From an uncultured bacterium (GTDB lineage Bacteria; Omnitrophota; Omnitrophia; Omnitrophales; Aquincolibacteriaceae): a stretch of DNA of 64,000 bases. The position numbers and the translations under genes are program-made. Location of the stretch: the NCBI GenBank assembly GCA_964482725.1, contig CAYZYT010000013.1, forward strand, positions 1,465 through 65,464, given 5' to 3'. The notes beneath the pieces are model-generated. The model ran no database searches, was not told where the DNA came from, and worked only from the letters and a program-made list of their open reading frames with translations. Shown in pieces: positions 60,441 to 64,000 of this stretch; position 1 is the first letter of the stretch, and every line of letters begins with the position of its first letter.

Positions 60441-61175
60441 CTATAAGTCAACCGCCTTGCGAAGTTCGCGGGCCTCGTAGGAAGTCAGAAAACGACCCTG
60501 CCCCGGCGCGAGATGCCCGAGCTTGAGAGGACCGAAGGAAAAGCGGTTCAGCATCACGACATCATATTCGAATCGTTGGAACACCCGCCGGATCTGACGC
60601 TTCTTTCCTTCGCGAAGCTCGACCATCACGATCCTCGGCGAGATCGGCCGGATCTCTTCCAATTTGAGAAAACCGTCGTACGAATGAAACCCCTCGAGCA
60701 CCCGGTTACGGTCCCGCTCGTCCCAGGCGCGATTGAGCTTCACCTGATACCATTTCTCCACGTGAAAGCGCGGATGGATCAGGCGGTTCGCAAGCTCACC
60801 ATCGTTGGTCATAAGAAGGAGACCGGAGGAATCCTTATCGAGGCGCCCCACGGGAAACACGCGAACGCGATTCGTGGAGGATTGGCGCGTTGCGACCACG
60901 AGATGCCTCGGCAAAAGGTCGAAAACCGTTTTCTTGGCATGCCGGTCCTCGGCCGTCACGACATACCCTTCGGGCTTATTCAAAATAAAATAGACATGCG
61001 GGGCGAGCTGAAGGACTTTCTGACGGTACATGATCGTATCGTTCTGAAAATCGACCTGCCGGCCCAGATCTTGCACAACTTCACCATTGACGGAAATAGC
61101 ACCGTTGGTGACAAAAACCTCGCATTTTCTGCGAGACCCAAGCCCTGCGCTCGCTAAGGCGTGTGCGATCCTCAT
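60441..61175 (-). CDS. RsuA/RluB-family rRNA pseudouridine synthase (S4 + PseudoU_synth_2)
   Basis: MRIAHALASAGLGSRRKCE... (S4), FPVGRLDKDSSGLLLMTNDGELANRL (catalytic Asp). Confidence 0.85.
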   Translation of the reverse strand: MRIAHALASAGLGSRRKCEVFVTNGAISVNGEVVQDLGRQVDFQNDTIMYRQKVLQLAPHVYFILNKPEGYVVTAEDRHAKKTVFDLLPRHLVVATRQSSTNRVRVFPVGRLDKDSSGLLLMTNDGELANRLIHPRFHVEKWYQVKLNRAWDERDRNRVLEGFHSYDGFLKLEEIRPISPRIVMVELREGKKRQIRRVFQRFEYDVVMLNRFSFGPLKLGHLAPGQGRFLTSYEARELRKAVDL

Positions 61176-61775
61176 CGTTTTTTCAGCTCCGCGTAATAAA
61201 GAGAACGGCCTTCGGCCGCCCATTTGATCTCATAACTCGTCTTATTCATTCCGCCCAGAATTCTTTCATTCACTGTTTCGCGCACATTCTCCCAGAGTTC
61301 CGCGGTAGCCGCTATGGTTTTCTTCATGGCATCAAAATAGTCCTTATCATCGGTCGCGATCTCCACCAACCCGCCCGGCACAAGCCGCGCGTGAAGCAGC
61401 TTAAGAAGCTCCGCTGTGAAAACCCGGCGAACCTGATGCCGGCGTTTCGGCCAGGGGTCCGGAAAGTAAATATGGAAGACACTCACGCTTCCGAGGGCGA
61501 TCGCCTCCATCAAAAAAACTCGCGCCTCGGCGCGGAGAAACCGGATGTTGGGAAGTACTCGCTTTTGAGCACGCGTCTTCCCGATATTCATAAACTTGCT
61601 GACCCGGTCGATCCCGAGAAAGTTGGTCCCCGGATTTTCGATCGAGCGCGCAACGAGGAATTTTCCCTTCCCGCACCCGATCTCGAGCTCCACCGGATGG
61701 GTGTTCCCGAAGAATTCGCTGAAAATAATGGGGTCGTGTTTTTCCTGCGGCATACCCGGCGACATTTTTGTCATC
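61172..61775 (-). CDS. trmB: tRNA (guanine-N7)-methyltransferase
   Basis: ELEIGCGKGKFLV, FPDPWPK. Likely start MTKMSPG, whose ATG is inside the terminal repeat of MITE copy E (track ORF extends to 61888). Confidence 0.8.
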
Positions 61776-61853
61776 CTGAGCGGCCCTGAAGGACTGCTTC
61801 GCTGAGCGAAGGATCTCTCTTTGGATTCTTCGGCCTTTGGCCTCAGAATGACG
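61770..61853. mobile_element. MITE/REP-like nested palindromic element, copy E
   Basis: GTCATCCTGAGCggccctgaaggactgcttcgctgaGCGAAGGATCTCtctttGGATTCTTCGGCctttgGCCTCAGAATGACgg. Confidence 0.6.
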
Positions 61854-61869
61854 GCCTTGTCAGATGTTC

Positions 61870-62922
61870 TTAAGCCCTCATCAGCCATACCAGGGTCTCC
61901 AAGTGCCTCGTCCGCGGAAAAAAGTCAAACGGCAGGATCTTCCGAACCTGCCAGCCGACCTGTGCCAGGTGTTTCAGATCGCGCGCCAGGGATTCGGGCG
62001 AACAGGATAAATAAAATAAAGACTGAAGATCTTTTGCTTGCCCGAGCGTCTCGATCGCGGAGCCTGCAAGCCCGCCGCGCGGCGGATCGATCAAAGCGAC
62101 GCAGGGTTTTCCGTCCAACTCCTTCAGAACCTCCGGCAAATGGATTTCGACCTGCCCTTCAAGGATCCTCACATGGTTCAGCTTGTGATGTTGGACATTG
62201 TAATGGGCCAGCTTCACAGAATCACACCCGGATTCGATCATCACCACTTCCGTGGCACGATCCGCCATAGCGATCCCGAAAAGCCCGACGCCCGAATAAA
62301 GATCCAGGAAAACCGTGTTCTCCTTCCATTCGATCAGGCTTTCGATCCTCGAGACGATCTTTTCCAGGATCGAGAGATTCGCCTGAAAGAACGTATCGAG
62401 CGAATAGAAGATCTTGCGGCCTTTTACGATCGTCCAAAAATAGTCTTCCTCCTTCATTCGAAGCGACCGGCGACCGATTCCTCCCCAAAACACTTTACCT
62501 TCATCGCCCACTCGAACCACCAGATTCGCGACTTTATAATCTTCAGGAAGCTTTCGAACCGCCTCTTCTTTTAATGTGGGAAGGAAATCATTGATCTCGT
62601 TACGGGCAATGGCGCAAACGGTAACTTCCTGGAGCCGCTGGGTCCCGGGCAGCATAAAACCCATCTGCCGTTCTCCGTTATTTCTTTTACGCAATGTAAG
62701 ATCGAGACGATTTCTGTAATGATAGAATTCCGGCGACGGCGTGATCGGTTCAAAGACATCCTCCGGAAGTCCGACTTCCTTTGCTAAAAGTTCCCGAAGG
62801 ATCGCCTCTTTTCGAGCAAGCTCTTCCTCGTAGGGAATGTCCTGATATTGGCATCCACCGCAAGTCCCGAAAAGCGAGCAGAGGGGTTTTACATTTGTGG
62901 ATACAGCTATTGGGGTCAACAT
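61870..62922 (-). CDS. rlmD: 23S rRNA (uracil-5-)-methyltransferase RlmD/RumA family
   Basis: 350 aa; N-terminal Cys cluster CSLFGTCGGCQYQ (TRAM/4Fe-4S), SAM-MTase DLYSGVGLF, C-terminal PPRGG. Confidence 0.85.
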   Translation of the reverse strand: MLTPIAVSTNVKPLCSLFGTCGGCQYQDIPYEEELARKEAILRELLAKEVGLPEDVFEPITPSPEFYHYRNRLDLTLRKRNNGERQMGFMLPGTQRLQEVTVCAIARNEINDFLPTLKEEAVRKLPEDYKVANLVVRVGDEGKVFWGGIGRRSLRMKEEDYFWTIVKGRKIFYSLDTFFQANLSILEKIVSRIESLIEWKENTVFLDLYSGVGLFGIAMADRATEVVMIESGCDSVKLAHYNVQHHKLNHVRILEGQVEIHLPEVLKELDGKPCVALIDPPRGGLAGSAIETLGQAKDLQSLFYLSCSPESLARDLKHLAQVGWQVRKILPFDFFPRTRHLETLVWLMRA

Positions 62923-63060
62923 GATGCGATAGTGTACGGAAGAGGCGTTGCCCCGTCGAGTGCTGTTTTGGGCCGAGCGAAGCTTCCAACTTTAGATCAT
63001 TAGATTTAGCACTTCGGTGGGAGGGATATTGCGCCATTGCAGCTTAAAACACTTCCCAGA

Positions 63061-64000
63061 TTATTGCGTCCCGCCAACATTCTTGAGTTTAGGATATTTA
63101 TTATCAGCCTTCCTGAATTCCCAGACAAGAGGATCCCAGGAACGCAAGGGTTCTTTAGTGGGATCGTATGCGTCGCCACTGACGGTGAACGCCAGAACGT
63201 TCGCCGACGCACAGCTCGAAACGCCGCACGGAACAACGGATGATAAATTTTTCGCTTTATCCCACCTGACCTTTGTGGCACTAAAGGTACTCATAACGAG
63301 TTGGCCAACCAAAGCGCCGCTATAATCAGCAGCAGTATTCGGCGGAGACGGAATGATCTTTGCTAAAACATCGCCCGCAGCAAATGAACGATTAAGGGAT
63401 AGCGTAGAATTAATTAAACCGACCAGGCCGCCCACGGCGGCATTACCAGTTGCGGTGCCAGTGGCATACGAATTATTGATTGTGACATTCCCCACACAAG
63501 CACCGACCAAGCCCCCAGAATCCCAAGTATTCGCTGTTGCAGCACCCGAAGCATACGAATTATTTATTGTGGATAAATTGCGCACCACACCGACCAACCC
63601 ACCAACAATATCCGGGCCAGTCACAGTAACTTTGCCGTACGAATTATTGATCGTGGAATTCGACAGTTGGCCGACCAATCCGCCAATATAATATTGCCAA
63701 CCCGACACAGTACCGCTGGCATACGAATTATTAATTGTAGAAGAATTGTACGCTAGACCGACCAATCCGCCGACATTAGTCACACCGCTTACGCTTTCGC
63801 CTATAAGCCCCACACCCGTAATCGTTGCCCCGCTTGTCCCGCCGAATAATCCCACGCTGTTAGTTTCGCGATTGATCGTAAGGCCTATGATCGGGTACCC
63901 CTTGCCGTCAAACCTGCCGGTAAACGGATTCGTGCAGGAATCCTCCGAAGCTCCAATCGAACACCCCAAAGGCTTAAATCCTTTGTCTCCAAGATCCTCT
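63061..64000 (-). CDS. GLUG-motif repeat protein (partial; N-terminus beyond window end)
   Basis: Repeats of GGLVG...TINNSYA(S/T)G (GLUG motif) x ~6; reading frame stays open to position 64000. Confidence 0.7.
   Translation of the reverse strand, partial: EDLGDKGFKPLGCSIGASEDSCTNPFTGRFDGKGYPIIGLTINRETNSVGLFGGTSGATITGVGLIGESVSGVTNVGGLVGLAYNSSTINNSYASGTVSGWQYYIGGLVGQLSNSTINNSYGKVTVTGPDIVGGLVGVVRNLSTINNSYASGAATANTWDSGGLVGACVGNVTINNSYATGTATGNAAVGGLVGLINSTLSLNRSFAAGDVLAKIIPSPPNTAADYSGALVGQLVMSTFSATKVRWDKAKNLSSVVPCGVSSCASANVLAFTVSGDAYDPTKEPLRSWDPLVWEFRKADNKYPKLKNVGGTQ

Overview
This 64 kb window comes from a roughly 55% GC bacterial genome, probably an uncultured, metagenome-type lineage. Almost every gene is on the minus strand.

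**Hidden giant gene (1..4915).** Positions 1 to about 4200 are tandem 39-nt (13-codon) repeats. The long plus-strand ORFs here (QFTPA... peptides) are antisense shadows of a gene the ORF track cannot report, because its stop codon lies beyond coordinate 1. That gene starts at the ATG at 4915 on the minus strand. I translated it continuously from 4915 down to about 3290, and sampled units near the window start; all read cleanly.
- It encodes a signal peptide, an Ig-like beta-rich domain, and then more than 100 tandem 13-aa repeats with consensus NW-x-D-[LI]-x-x-[LM]-S-x-A-G-V.
- Its start overlaps (ATGA) the stop of an upstream FGE-sulfatase/DUF323-family gene at 4912..6501.

**Secretin module (6754..10940).** Directly upstream of that pair sits a compact operon: an ExeA/GspA-like AAA ATPase, a GspB-like membrane protein, a GspD/PilQ-type secretin, and a TPR/coiled-coil protein. 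No GspE/GspF-type ATPase or inner-membrane platform is present in the window.

**Housekeeping and accessory genes.**
- Carbohydrate and membrane: malQ, a LemA-TPM-TPM cluster, an orphan TpsB (ShlB/FhaC) transporter, an NrnA-like DHH phosphoesterase, efp.
- Nucleotide signalling and repair: cdaA-cdaR, ruvABC, yebC, folP, ftsH, tilS followed by a tRNA with a CAT anticodon.
- Envelope and redox: lptF/G, dsbD, tpx, queF.
- Sulfur assimilation and methionine/cysteine biosynthesis: Rrf2 regulator, metY, cysK, DUF2061, APS-reductase-type cysH, cysD, cysNC, a ferredoxin-type sulfite reductase, cobA, metX, metW, plus a divergently transcribed metB-like gene.
- RNA modification: rluB-like, trmB, rlmD.
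- Window end: a partial GLUG-motif repeat protein.

**Accessory-type features.**
- Three paralogous small secreted proteins share a near-identical signal peptide plus a G-K-[VI]-E-L-T-T-Y-Y-P-A-P-x-G-E-Y module, followed by unrelated C-terminal domains; one is a phage tail-collar domain. Two of them also share a roughly 105 bp 5' leader carrying a perfect 10-bp inverted repeat, and a degenerate duplicate of the efp 5' end lies between them.
- At least four families of short intergenic palindromic repeats are present.
  - A MITE/REP-like element bounded by GTCATCCTGAGC...GCTCAGAATGAC occurs five times and supplies the start codon of two genes.
  - GGATGG/CCATCC hairpins occur three times.
  - GAGAC/GTCTC hairpins occur twice.
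  - A GGGGCTGTCCC stem-loop occurs three times in tandem.

No CRISPR array, no rRNA, and no complete transposon or prophage was seen.
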